From the NCBI GenBank assembly GCA_040285855.1, contig JAUFOQ010000002.1, positions 2,666,001 to 2,730,000 of the forward strand: a DNA stretch of 64,000 bases, given 5' to 3'. The first letter of the stretch is position 1; each line of letters opens with the position of its first letter. Positions 38,101 to 53,100 of the stretch are shown in pieces. The position numbers were made by a program, and so were the translations under genes. The notes below the pieces were generated by a model. That model had not been told where the DNA came from. It was given only the letters and a program-made list of their open reading frames with translations, and did no database searches. The DNA is from Eukaryota sp. GEM-RC1 (lineage: Eukaryota).

Positions 38101-41100
38101 CGCTTTAACTGGAGTTTTGACAGTCACTGAAGGAGAGTTAATCCTTGAAGAATCTAATTCTATTCAAGGTCAATTATCAATTCTAGAATTAGGAAACGCA
38201 ATTTTTTCAGGAGATGACTATTCTTTTGAGTCTGAATCTTTGTTTACCCTTCATTCTAATTCTCTTCAACTTCTTGATAAGGATGTAGTTGTTACTGTCA
38301 AGGGAAGTTTTACAGGGGTTGAGTTTTTCAATCACACTGTAGGGGAATTTAAATTCCTTGAAAATTCCAAAATACAAACCTACACAATTATTCTATACAA
38401 TTCTGCTGTTCTCAATGTTGATGACACTATTGTTAAAATGGCAATGTCCTTTCAAATATTCTCTGGATTTGTTAATTTTAAATTTGAGAACAAAGTTCAT
38501 TCTGTGTCAATCCCTTCTTTTGATCTTTTATAACGGTGAATTATCAATTACTGGTGGTCATTTCAGTTTTACTGAAGTGTTTGTTCATAATTCTACTACT
38601 GGAACTTCTGTTTCATTTTCTGACACTTCTTCATTAAATATTGATCATTTCACTGCAATTAACTCTAATGTTCAATTTTCTATTGATGAAGATTCTGATC
38701 ACGTGTTTGATGTATTTGTCTTTCAAGAGACTGATTTTACTTCTTCTTCTGATAAGTTACAATTCAACAATTTGACTTTAATTGATTCCAAACGTTTGGG
38801 ATCAGGAAACGTGTCTGCTGATTGGCTTTCTATCCATGGATCTGAGTTCAATGGCAATTCTTTTACCAAATGTTCTGTTCGTTGTTTTGTTGATAATGAG
38901 TATTCAAATACTATCTCCATTTTAGGTGGTCATGATCTTATTTTCGACGGAGAATCTTTGTTCTCTTCATATTCTGTTCAAGTTGTGTTTGTTCTAGAAT
39001 CTTCAAATTTTAAACTGTCTGGAACATCTAAAATTCATGGACATATTTTAATCGACGATGATGACTCATCAATTTTTCAAATATCTGGAGAGACTGAAAT
39101 TCTGTCTGGAGGTTCCCTAAAAGTTAAGAAAGTTATCGATTTAACTGGAGTTTTGACAGTCACTGAAGGAGAGTTAATCCTTGAAGAATCTAATTCTATT
39201 CAAGGTCAATTATCAATTCTAGAATTAGGAAACGCTATTTTTCAGGAGATGACTATTCTTTTGAGTCTGAATCTCTGTTTACCCTTCATTCTAATTCTCT
39301 TGAACTTCTTGATAAGGATGTAGTTGTTACTGTCAAGGGAAGTTTTACAGGTGTTGAGTTTTTCAATCACACTGTAGGGGAATTTAAATTCCTTGAAAAT
39401 TCCAAAATACAAACCGACTCAATTATTCTATACAATTCTGCTGTTCTCAACGTTGATGACACTATTGTTAAAATGGCAACGTCCTTTCAAATATTCTCTG
39501 GATTTGTTAATTTTAAATGTGAGAACAAAGTTCATTCTGTATCAATCCCTTCTTTTGATCTTTATAACGGTGAATTGTCAATTACTGGTGGTCATTTTAG
39601 TTTTACTGAAGTGTTTGTTCATAATTCTACTACTGGAACTTCTGTTTCATTTTCAGACACTTCTTCATTAAATATTGATCATTTCACTGCAATTAACTCT
39701 AATGTTCAATTTTCTATTGATGAAGATTCTGATCACGTGTTTGATGTTTTTGTCTTTCAAGAGACTGATTTTACTTCTTCTTCTGATAAGTTACAATTCA
39801 ACAACTTGACTTTAATTGATTCCAAACGTTTGGGATCAGGAGACGTGTCTGCTGATTGGCTTTCTATCCATGGATCTGAGTTCAATGGCAATTCTTTTAC
39901 CAAATGTTTTGGTCGTTGTTTTGTTGATAATGAGTATTCAAATACTATCTCCATTTTAGGTGGTCATGATCTTATTTTCGACGGAGAATCTTTGTTCTCT
40001 TCATATTCTGTTCAAGTTGTGTTTGTTCTAGAATCTTCAAATTTTAAACTCTCTGGAACATCTAAAATTCATGGACATGTTTTAATTGATGATGATGACT
40101 CATCAAATTTTCAAATATCTGGAGAGACTGAAATTCTGTCTGGAGGTTCCCTAAAAGTTAAGAAAGTTATCGATTTAACTGGAGTTTTGACAGTCACTGA
40201 AGGAGAGTTAATCCTTGAAGAATCTAATTCTATTCAAGGTCAATTATCAATTCTAGAATTAGGAAACGCTATTTTTCAGGAGATGACTATTCTTTTGAGT
40301 CTGAATCTATGTTTACCCTTCATTCTAATTCTCTTGAACTTCTTGATAAGGATGTAGTTGTTACTGTCAAGGGAAGTTTTACAGGGGTTGAGTTTTTCAA
40401 TCACACTGTAGGGGAATTTAAATTCCTTGAAAATTCCAAAATACAAACCGACTCAATTATTCTATACAATTCTGCTGTTCTCAACGTTGATGACACTATT
40501 GTTAAAATGGCAACGTCCTTTCAAATATTTTCTGGATTTGTTAATTTTAAATTTGAGAACGAAGTTCATTCTGTATCAATCCCTTCTTTTGATCTTTATA
40601 ACGGTGAATTATCAATTACTGGTGGTCATTTTAGTTTCACTGAAGTCTTTGTTCATAATTCTACTACTGGAACTTCTGTTTCATTTTCTGACACTTCTTC
40701 ATTAAATATTGATCATTTCACTGCAATTAACTCTAATGTTCAATTTTCTATTGATGAAGATTCTGATCACGTGTTTGATGTTTTTGTCTTTCAAGAGACT
40801 GATTTTACTTCTTCTTCTGATAAGTTACAATTCAACAACTTGACTTTAATTGATTCCAAACGTTTGGGATCAGGAAACGTATCTGCTGATTGGCTTTCTA
40901 TCCATGGATCTGAGTTCAATGGCAATTCTTTTACCAAATGTTTTGGTCGTTGTTTTGTTGATAATGAGTATTCAAATGTTATCTCCATTTTAGGTGGTCA
41001 TGATCTTATTTTCGACGGAGAATCTTTGTTCTCTTCATATTCTGTTCAAGTTGTGTTTGTTCTAGAGTCTTCAAATTTTAAACTGTCTGGAACATCTAAA

Positions 41101-44100
41101 ATTCATGGACATGTTTTAATTGATGATGATGACTCATCAAATTTTCAAATATCTGGAGAGACTGAAATTCTGTCTGGAGGTTCTCTAGAAGTTAAGAAAG
41201 TTATCGATTTAACTGGAGTTTTGACAGTCGCTGAAGGAGAGTTAATCCTTAAAGAATCTAATTCTATTCAAGGTCAATTATCAATTCTAGAATTAGGAAA
41301 CGCAGTTTTTCAGGAGATGACTATTCTTTTGAGTCTGAATCTCTGTTTACCCTTCATTCTAATTCTCTTGAACTTCTTGATAAGGATGTAGTTGTTACTG
41401 TCAAGGGAAGTTTTAAAGGTGTTGAGTTTTTCAATCACACTGTTGGTGAATTTAATTTTTCGAATAATTCCAAAATTGATACTGACACTATTATTCTACA
41501 CAATTCTGCTCTTCTCAACGTCGTTGACGCTATTTTTGAAACACCAACCTCTTTTCAAATATTCTCTGGATTTGTAGATTTTAAATATCCTACAGAAGTT
41601 CATCTGGTGTCAATCCCTTCTTTTGATCTTTATAACGGTGACTTATCCATTAGTCGTGGTGATTTCAGTTTTACTGAAGTCTTTGTTCATAATTCTACTA
41701 CTGGAACTTCTGTTTCATTTTCAGACACTTCTTTATTACATATTGATCATTTCATTGCAATTAACTCTAATGTTAAATTTTCTATTGATGAAGATTCTGA
41801 TCACGTGTTTGATGTTTTTGTCTTTCAAGAGACTGATTTTACTTCTTCTTCTAATAAGTTACAATTCAACAACTTGACTTTAATTGATTCCAAACGTTTG
41901 GGATCAGGAAACGTATCTGCTGATTGGCTTTCTATCCATGGATCTGAGTTCAATGGCAATTCTTTTACCAAATGTTTTGGTCGTTGTTTTGTTGATAATG
42001 AGTATTCAAATACTATCTCCATTTTAGGTGGTCATGATCTTATTTTCGACGGAGAATCTTTATTCTCTTCATATTCTGTTCAAGTTGTGTTTGTTCTAGA
42101 ATCTTCAAATTTTAAACTCTCTGGAACATCTAAAATTCATGGACATATTTTAATCGACGATGATGACTCATCAATTTTTCAAATATCTGGAGAGACTGAA
42201 ATTCTGTCTGGAGGTTCCCTAGAAGTTAAGAAAGTTATCGATTTAACTGGAGTTTTGACAGTCACTGAAGGAGAGTTAATCCTTAAAGAATCTAATTCTA
42301 TTCAAGGTCAATTATCAATTCTAGAATTAGGAAACGCAGTTTTTCAGGAGATGACTATTCTTTTGAGTCTGAATCTCTGTTTACCCTTCATTCTAATTCT
42401 CTTGAACTTCTTGATAAGGATGTAGTTGTTACTGTCAAGGGAAGTTTTAAAGGTGTTGAGTTTTTCAATCACACTGTTGGTGAATTTAATTTTTCGAATA
42501 ATTCCAAAATTGATACTGACACTATTATTCTACACAATTCTGCTCTTCTCAACGTCGTTGACGCTATTTTTGAAACACCAACCTCTTTTCAAATATTCTC
42601 TGGATTTGTAGATTTTAAATATCCTACAGAAGTTCATCTGGTGTCAATCCCTTCTTTTGATCTTTATAACGGTGACTTATCCATTAGTCGTGGTGATTTC
42701 AGTTTTACTGAAGTCTTTGTTCATAATTCTACTACTGGAACTTCTGTTTCATTTTCAGACACTTCTTTATTACATATTGATCATTTCACTGCAATTAACT
42801 CTAATGTTAAATTTTCTATTGATGAAGATTTTGATCACGTGTTTGATGTTTTTGTCTTTCAAGAGACTGATTTTACTTCTTCTTCTAATAAGTTACAATT
42901 CAACAACTTGACTTTAATTGATTCCAAACGTTTGGGATCAGGAAACGTGTCTGCTGATTGGCTTTCTATCCATGGATCTGAGTTCAATGGCAATTCTTTT
43001 ACCAAATGTTTTGGTCGTTGTTTTGTTGATAATGAGTATTCAAATACTATGTCCATTTTAGGTGGTCATGATCTTATTTTCGACGGAGAATCTTTGTTCT
43101 CTTCATATTCTGTTCAAGTTGTGTTTGTTCTAGAATCTTCAAATTTTAAACTCTCTGGAACATCTAAAATTCATGGACATATTTTAATCGACGATGATGA
43201 CTCATCAATTTTTCAAATATCTGGAGAAACTCAAATTCTGTCTGGAGGTTCCTTAGAAGTTAAGAAAGTTATCGATTTAACTGGAGTTTTGACAGTCGCT
43301 GAAGGAGAGTTAATCCTTAAAGAATCTAATTCTATTCAAGGTCAATTATCAATTCTAGAATTAGGAAACGCAGTTTTTCAGGAGATGACTATTCTTTTGA
43401 GTCTGAATCTCTGTTTACCCTTCATTCTAATTCTCTTGAACTTCTTGATAAGAATGTAGTTGTTACTGTCAAGGGAAGTTTTACAGGTGTTGAGTTTTTC
43501 AATCACACTGTGGGTGAATTTAATTTTTCGAATAATTCCAAAATTGATACTGACACTATTATTCTACACAATTCTGCTGTTCTCAACGTCGTTGACGCTA
43601 TTTTTGAAACACCAACCTCTTTTCAAATATTCTCTGGATTTGTAGATTTTAAATATCCTACAGAAGTTCATCTGGTGTCAATCCCTTCTTTTGATCTTTA
43701 TAACGGTGACTTATCCATTAGTCGTGGTGATTTCAGTTTTACTGAAGTCTTTGTTCATAATTCTACTACTGGAACTTCTGTTTCATTTTCAGACACTTCT
43801 TTATTACATATTGATCATTTCACTGCAATTAACTCTAATGTTAAATTTTCTATTGATGAAGATTCTGATCACGTGTTTGACGTTTTTGTCTTTCAAGAGA
43901 CTGATTTTACTTCTTCTTCTAATAAGTTACAATTCAACAACTTGACTTTAATTGATTCCAAACGTTTGGGATCAGGAAACGTGTCTGCTGATTGGCTTTC
44001 TATCCATGGATCTGAGTTCAATGGCAATTCTTTTACCAAATGTTTTGGTCGTTGTTTTGTTGATAATGAGTATTCAAATACTATGTCCATTTTAGGTGGT

Positions 44101-47100
44101 CATGATCTTATTTTCGACGGAGAATCTTTGTTCTCTTCATATTCTGTTCAAGTTGTGTTTGTTCTAGAATCTTCAAATTTTAAACTCTCTGGAACATCTA
44201 AAATTCATGGACATATTTTAATCGACGATGATGACTCATCAATTTTTCAAATATCTGGAGAGACTCAAATTCTGTCCGGTGGTTCCCTAGAAGTTAAGAA
44301 AGTTATCGATTTAACTGGAGTTTTGACAGTCACTGAAGGAGAGTTAATCCTTAAAGAATCTAATTCTCTTCAAGGTCAATTATCAATTCTAGAATTAGGA
44401 AACGCAATTTTTCAGGAGATGACTATTCTTTTGAGTCTGAATCTTTGTTTACCCTTCATTCTAATTCTCTTGAACTTCTTGATAAGGATGTAGTTATTAC
44501 TGTCCAGGGAAGTTTTACAGGGGTTGAGTTTTTCAATCACACTGTTGGTGAATTTAATTTTTCGAATAATTCCAAAATTGATACTGACACTATTATTCTA
44601 CACAATTCTGCTGTTCTCAACGTCGTTGACGCTATTTTTGAAACACCAACCTCTTTTCAAATATTCTCTGGATTTGTAGATTTTAAATATCCTACAGAAG
44701 TTCATCTGGTGTCAATCCCTTCTGTTGATCTTTATAACGGTGAGTTGTCTATTACTGGTGGTGATTTCAGTTTCACTGAAGTCTTTGTTCATAATTCTAC
44801 TACTGAAACTTCTGTTTCATTTTCAGACACTTCTTTATTACATATTGATCATTTCACTGCAATTAACTCTAATGTTCAATTTTCTATTGATGAAGATTCT
44901 GATCACGTGTTTGATGTATTTGTCTTTCAAGAGACTGATTTTACTTCTTCTTCTGATAAGTTACAATTCAACAACTTGACTTTAATTGATTCCAAACGTT
45001 TAGGATCAGGAAACGTGTCTGCTGATTGGCTTTCTATCCATGGATCTGAGTTCAATGGCAATTCTTTTACCAAATGTTTTGGTCGTTGTTTTGTTGATAA
45101 TGAGTATTCAAATACTATCTCCATTTTAGGTGGTCATGATCTTATATTTCTGGGAGAATCCTTGTTCTCTTCATATTCTGTTCAAGTTGTGTTTGTTCTA
45201 GAGTCTTCAAATTTTAAACTGTCTGGAACATCTAAAATTCACGGACATGTTTTAATTGATGATGATGACTCATCAAATTTTCAAATATCTGGAGAGACTG
45301 AAATTTTATCCGGAGGTTCCCTAGAAGTTAAGAAAGTTATCGATTTAACTGGAGTTTTGACAGTCACTGAAGGAGAGTTAATCCTTGAAGAATCTAATTC
45401 TATTCAAGGTCAATTATCAATTCTAGAATTAGGAAACGTAATTTTTTCGGGAGATGACTATTCTTTTGAGTCTGAATCTCTGTTTATTCTTCATTCTAAT
45501 TCTCTTGAACTTCTTGATAAGGATGTAGTTGTTACTGTAAAGGGAAGTTTTACAGGGGTTGAGTTTTTCAATCACACTGTGGGTGAATTTAATTTTTCGA
45601 ATAATTCCAAAATTGATACTGACACTATTATTCTACACAATTCTGCTGTTCTCAACGTCGTTGACGCTATTTTTGAAACACCAACCTCTTTTCAAATATT
45701 CTCTGGATTTGTAGATTTTCAATATCCTACAGAAGTTCATCTGGTGTCAATCCCTTCTGTTGATCTTTATAACGGTGACTTGTCTATTACTGGTGGTGAT
45801 TTCAGTTTCACTGAAGTCTTTGTTCATAATTCTACTACTGAAACTTCTGTTTCATTTTCAGACACTTCTTTATTACATATTGATCATTTCACTGCAATTA
45901 ACTCTAATGTTCAATTTTCTATTGATGAAGATTCTGATCACGTGTTTGATGTATTTGTCTTTCAAGAGACTGATTTTACTTCTTCTTCTAATAAGTTACA
46001 ATTCAACAACTTGACTTTAATTGATTCCAAACGTTTAGGATCAGGAAACGTGTCTGCTGATTGGCTTTCTATCCATGGATCTGAGTTCAATGGCAATTCT
46101 TTTACCAAATGTTTTGGTCGTTGTTTTGTTGATAATGAGTATTCAAATACTATCTCCATTTTAGGTGGTCATGATCTTATATTCGACGGAGAATCTTTGT
46201 TCTCTTCATATTCTGTTCAAGTTGTGTTTGTTCTAGAGTCTTCAAATTTTAAACTGTCTGGAACATCTAAAATTCACGGACATGTTTTAATTGATGATGA
46301 TGACTCATCAAATTTTCAAATATCTGGAGAGACTGAAATTTTATCCGGAGGTTCCCTAGAAGTTAAGAAAGTTATCGATTTAACTGGAGTTTTGACAGTC
46401 ACTGAAGGAGAGTTAATCCTTGAAGAATCTAATTCTATTCAAGGTCAATTATCAATTCTAGAATTAGGAAACGTAATTTTTTCAGGAGATGGCTATTCTT
46501 TGAGTCTGAATCTCTGTTTATTCTTCATTCTAATTCTCTTGAACTTCTTGATAAGGATGTAGTTGTTACTGTAAAGGGAAGTTTTACAGGGGTTGAGTTT
46601 TTCAATCACACTGTGGGTGAATTTAATTTTTCGAATAATTCCAAAATTGATACTGACACAATTATTCTACACAATTCTGCTGTTCTCAACGTCATTGACG
46701 CTATTTTTGAAACACCAACCTCTTTTCAAATATTCTCTGGATTTGTAGATTTTAAATATCCTACAGAAGTTCATCTGGTGTCAATCCCTTCTTTTGATCT
46801 TTATAACGGTGACTTGTCAATTACTGGTGGTGATTTCAGTTTTAATGAAGTCTTTGTTCATAATTCTACTACTGGAACTTCTGTTTCATTTTCTGACACT
46901 TCTTCATTAAATATTGATCATTTCACTGTAATTAACTCTAATGTTCAATTTTCTCTTGATGAAGATTCTGATCACGTGTTTGATGTTTTTGTCTTTCAAG
47001 AGACTGATTTTACTTCTTCTTCTGATAAGTTACAATTCAACAATTTGACTTTAATTGATTCCAAACGTTTAGGATCAGGAAACGTGTCTGCTGATTGGCT

Positions 47101-50100
47101 TTCTATCCATGGATCTGAGTTCAATGGCAATTCTTTTACCAAATGTTTTGGTCGTTGTTTTGTTGATAATGATTATTCAAATGTTATCTCCATTTTAGGT
47201 GGTCATGATCTTATTTTCGACGGAGAATCTTTGTTCTCTTCATATTCTGTTCAAGTTGTGTTTGTTCTAGAGACTTCAAATTTTAAACTGTCTGGAACAT
47301 CTAAAATTCATGGACATATTTTAATTGACGATGATGACTCATCATTTTTCAGATATCTGGAGAGACTCAAATTCTGTCCGGAGGTTCCTTAGAAGTTAAG
47401 AAAGTTATCAATTTAACTGGAGTTTTGACAGTCACTGAAGGAGAATTAATCCTTAAAGAATCTAATTCTATTCAAGGTCAATTATCAATTCTAGAATTAG
47501 GAAACGCAGTTTTTCAGGAGATGACTATTCTTTTGAGTCTGAATCTCTGTTTACCCTTCATTCTAATTCTCTTGAACTTCTTGATAAGAATGTAGTTGTT
47601 ACTGTCAAGGGAAGTTTTACAGGTGTTGAGTTTTTCAATCACACTGTGGGTGAATTTAATTTTTCGAATAATTCCAAAATTGATACTGACACTATTATTC
47701 TACACAATTCTGCTGTTCTCAACGTCGTTGACGCTATTTTTGAAACACCAACCTCTTTTCAAATATTCTCTGGATTTGTAGATTTTAAATATCTTACAGA
47801 AGTTCATCCTGTATCAATCCCTTCTTTTGATCTTTATAACGGTGACTTGTCAATTAGTCGTGGTGATTTCAGTTTTACTGAAGTGTTTGTTCATAATTCT
47901 ACTACTGGAACTTCTGTTTCATTTTCTGATACTTCTTCATTAAATATTGATCATTTCACTGCAATTAACTCTAATGTTCAATTTTCTATTGATGAAGATT
48001 CTGGTCACGTGTTTGATGTTTTTGTGTTTCAAGAGACTGATTTTACTTCTTCTTCTGATAAGTTACAATTCAACAATTTGACTTTAATTGATTCCAAACG
48101 TTTAGGATCAGGAAACGTGTCTGCTGATTGGCTTTCTATCCATGGATCTGAGTTCAATGGCAATTCGTTTACCAAATGTTTTGGTCGTTGTTTTGTTGAT
48201 GATGAGTATTCAAATGTTATCTCCATTTTAGGTGGTCATGATCTTATTTTCGACGGAGAATCTTTGTTCTCTTCATATTCTGTTCAAGTTGTGTTTGTTC
48301 TAGAGTCTTCAAATTTTAAACTGTCTGGAACATCTAAAATTCATGGACATGTTTTAATTGATGATGATGACTCATCAAATTTTCAAATATCTGGAGAGAC
48401 TGAAATTCTGTCTGGAGGTTCTCTAGATGTTAAGAAAGTTATCAATTTAACTGGAGTTTTGACAGTCACTGAAGGAGAATTAATCCTTAAAGAATCTAAT
48501 TCTATTCAAGGTCAATTATCAATTCTAGAATTAGGAAACGCAGTTTTTTCAGGAGATGACTATTCTTTTGAGTCTGAATCTCTGTTTACCCTTCATTCTA
48601 ATTCTCTTGAACTTCTTGATAAGAATGTAGTTGTTACTGTCAAGGGAAGTTTTACAGGTGTTGAGTTTTTCAATCACACTGTGGGTGAATTTAATTTTTC
48701 GAATAATTCCAAAATTGATACTGACACTATTATTCTACACAATTCTGCTGTTCTCAACGTCGTTGACGCTATTTTTGAAACACCAACCTCTTTTCAAATA
48801 TTCTCTGGATTTGTAGATTTTAAATATCTTACAGAAGTTCATCCTGTATCAATCCCTTCTTTTGATCTTTATAACGGTGACTTGTCAATTAGTCGTGGTG
48901 ATTTCAGTTTTACTGAAGTGTTTGTTCATAATTCTACTACTGGAACTTCTGTTTCATTTTCTGATACTTCTTCATTAAATATTGATCATTTCACTGCAAT
49001 TAACTCTAATGTTCAATTTTCTATTGATGAAGATTCTGGTCACGTGTTTGATGTTTTTGTGTTTCAAGAGACTGATTTTACTTCTTCTTCTGATAAGTTA
49101 CAATTCAACAATTTGACTTTAATTGATTCCAAACGTTTAGGATCAGGAAACGTGTCTGCTAATTGGCTTTCTATCCATGGATCTGAGTTCAATGGCAATT
49201 CGTTTACCAAATGTTTTGGTCGTTGTTTTGTTGATGATGAGTATTCAAATGTTATCTCCATTTTAGGTGGTCATGATCTTATTTTCGACGGAGAATCTTT
49301 GTTCTCTTCATATTCTGTTCAAGTTGTGTTTGTTCTAGAGTCTTCAAATTTTAAACTGTCTGGAACATCTAAAATTCATGGACATGTTTTAATTGATGAT
49401 GATGACTCATCAAATTTTCAAATATCTGGAGAGACTGAAATTCTGTCTGGAGGTTCTCTAGATGTTAAGAAAGTTATCGATTTAACTGGAGTTTTGACAG
49501 TCGCTGAAGGAGAGTTAATCCTTAAAGAATCTAATTCTATTCAAGGTCAATTATCAATTCTAGAATTAGGAAACGCAGTTTTTTCAGGAGATGACTATTC
49601 TTTTGAGTCTGAATCTCTGTTTACCCTTCATTCTAATTCTCTTGAACTTCTTGATAAGAATGTAGTTGTTACTGTCAAGGGAAGTTTTACAGGTGTTGAG
49701 TTTTTCAATCACACTGTGGGTGAATTTAATTTTTCGAATAATTCCAAAATTGATACTGACACTATTATTCTACACAATTCTGCTGTTCTCAACGTCGTTG
49801 ACGCTATTTTTGAAACACCAACCTCTTTTCAAATATTCTCTGGATTTGTAGATTTTAAATATCTTACAGAAGTTCATCCTGTATCAATCCCTTCTTTTGA
49901 TCTTTATAACGGTGACTTGTCAATTAGTCGTGGTGATTTCAGTTTTACTGAAGTGTTTGTTCATAATTCTACTACTGGAACTTCTGTTTCATTTTCTGAT
50001 ACTTCTTCATTAAATATTGATCATTTCACTGCAATTAACTCTAATGTTCAATTTTCTATTGATGAAGATTCTGGTCACGTGTTTGATGTTTTTGTGTTTC

Positions 50101-53100
50101 AAGAGACTGATTTTACTTCTTCTTCTGATAAGTTACAATTCAACAATTTGACTTTAATTGATTCCAAACGTTTAGGATCAGGAAACGTGTCTGCTGATTG
50201 GCTTTCTATCCATGGATCTGAGTTCAATGGCAATTCGTTTACCAAATGTTTTGGTCGTTGTTTTGTTGATGATGAGTATTCAAATATTATCTCCATTTTA
50301 GGTGGTCATGATCTTATATTTCTTGCTCATATCTATGTAGATTCAATTTTCATTGAAATATGTAATTCTCTCCTCTCTTTCTACTCATCAGTGGATGCAC
50401 AGCTCTCGACTTTTGTTCTTTCTCCTGGGCAACTTCATTTCCATTCCCCTGTTGAGTTCAATGACTGTTCTTTTCAACGGTTCCAGATCTTTATTTTTCT
50501 ATGGACTATCAGTCCGATTTCCAGGTCATTCTATATGATGACGTTTTGATTCATTCTACTGTGTTCTTCAACACTTCCAGCCTCTTCCATGGGAACATTC
50601 TATTCAAGAATGATAATTCCACTTTGTTTCTAAACGCCCTCTCGATGTTTTCACCCACATCAACTCTTTCATCTGCATCAGAACTAATTGTGATGGGTTC
50701 TTTATTTGTACAAGGGCGGTGGTCCTTTGAAGATACCTTACTTCTTAATTCAGGAACTATTGTGTTTGAAAACGGTTCTGTCTATAATTTTGTAAATGTA
50801 GAACTTAATTCTGCTATGGTTTCTCTCTTTACAATCCCTTACCAAATGAATTACTTGTCCCTAATTCAGTCCACTCTGTCAATAGCAGATATTGACCACG
50901 AATTGTTTATCCTATCAGTTGATTCTATTGACTCTGATATGTATGTTGATTCAATTTCTGGACAATTTGAAATATTCAACTTTTCGAGTTCTTCATCTAA
51001 TTTTCTACTTAATGATTGCCCTCCATTCTTTGTTATTCGTTACTTAACAAATACTGTCCATTCTAATTGGACTCTTGCTTCTGGAACTCTGTCAGTTGTA
51101 GAAGTTCTGAACAATAACGTAGGTTCTGTTTTTGATGGAACTGATCCTGTAATTTTTTTAAATATTGATGTTCTTGAAGCTGAAATTTTTGATGATACTT
51201 GTTGCTCCACTTTTGAATGTCATGTTAGTGTATATTTTACTCATATTCAAAAAGTCAAAGATTTTGAATTATTCCGATCTCTAGGTTCTGGTGACCCATC
51301 TTACGAAATATTATTAGATCGTTTCCAATTCTTATTCCGAAACAATTTCGGTGTTAATTCTCTTTTACACAATTTCAATTCAATTTCACAGTCAATGACC
51401 AGTTCCTCCTTATGGACATCTCTATCCCCATATGTTCCTTCAATGTCACCGACCTATCCTCCCCCTTCACTTATGGCTCTCAACTGAGAGTTTCGGGAGT
51501 CAACTATGGCTCAAATCTGTATTGGATTCGAGTTGAAATCCCTTCATTAAACACTAGCAGATTGTCTCATGATCATACCCACTTCTTGGTCACTATCGAC
51601 GTTCCTGCTGGCGCTGGATGTCATTTAATCTATCTATATCCTCAGAATAGACAAATGTGGAATACTTCCTTTTGTTACGGAATTCCCACTATTACAGATT
51701 TCGCTCCAAAAAGTCTGGCTTTTGCTGGTGATTTTTCGATCCATGGAGAAAATCTTGGTGTTGAAGAGTATCTCATTCTTGATTTTGGAAACGCCACTGT
51801 AGATTTCCGAATACTTTCAGCATACCATCAGTTAATTATTTTAGACATTTTTTCAATTTGTGTCGATGATCACATAAGTTTTAATCTTTTTGCTAACGTT
51901 TCCCATCAATTAAGCAATGTCGTCTCAATCGAACTCCACACACCTGCATTACATGTCTTTCCAGAGTTTTTACCTATTCAAGGAGGTCCGTTCTCAATCA
52001 CTGGACAATCACTATCACGACTGCTATCACATACCTGCTTGCCGTTTTCAAATCTTACTTGTAATGCTGATTCTGTTGTCTATGGTTCCAGCTCCAATGA
52101 TATAAACCGAATTTCAGCAGAAATTTTAAACTCAAATTCAAGCTTTACTGAATACGTTTGTTCTCTGAGCTACACTCCAGATTTAATCACGACTTTCGAA
52201 ATCCTGATTGCCACAATCTCCAGCACAATGGACTCAGGAGTTTGCTTTGTTGAAACCGTTTGTGAGATTGTTGTCACTGTTTCAGACTCAGCTATTGACC
52301 TAACACTACTTGAGCCAAGAGGAGTTAGGGCTGTAATTCAGGATTATTACACTGAGTTTAATTCTACTGTTGTTATATTTAAACCTACCGCAATTGAACC
52401 AATCATATATTTGTGCCAGGCAGACGTCTGTTTTCCAGTTTCTGAATTACCCCATGTTGTATACTTACTCGACATTTCGTCCTCTCATTTTGTCTACTTT
52501 GGTGAAGGCACTCAGATATCATTTGACCTTCAAGCCACCAGTCTATCAGAATATGACGTTGATTGGAATGATCACATCAGCATTCATGATTTTGATCTAT
52601 CTTTTGAATTGATTGGAGAAGAACTACTACGCGTGGAGATATCATCTGTGTCTGTAGGTAAGTATCCGATTTCTGTGTTTTCAGGTCATACAGTTGTTGA
52701 CTCAGATTTAGAGGTTGAAATTGTAGATGCACTGCTATTCCCAACCATCTATCTTTCATCTCGTTTGTTGTTCTTTTATGAATCAACTGATGTTGTGACC
52801 GTTCATTTCAATGATTTACAGTATAATCTTTTCTATGGTTTCAACGATTTGAATTTGTTGGATTTGGAAACTTGTCCTGCTTCGATTATAATTACTGACC
52901 TCCGAAATTTTAGATCGGTCGACGTGATTTGTCGAGATTTTGATTTTTCAAATAATATGCCAGAAGTTCTGAGTCAACTTGATTACTTTGTCGAGTTACC
53001 AATTTTGACTGAAGATCATCTCTCCTATGAATTCTCTTGTGTTGTTAATTCTATTTGTGAAGTTTCAGAAGTCTTTTCAGATGATTTGTTATCCTTTGTT

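Noticed and set aside
35255..50296. Many recurring short ORFs (MKIPKYK.., MEIVFEY.., MLLSREV.., MIFITVT..)
   Set aside because: Alternate-frame or antisense shadows of the coding repeat; they recur only because the DNA is repeated.
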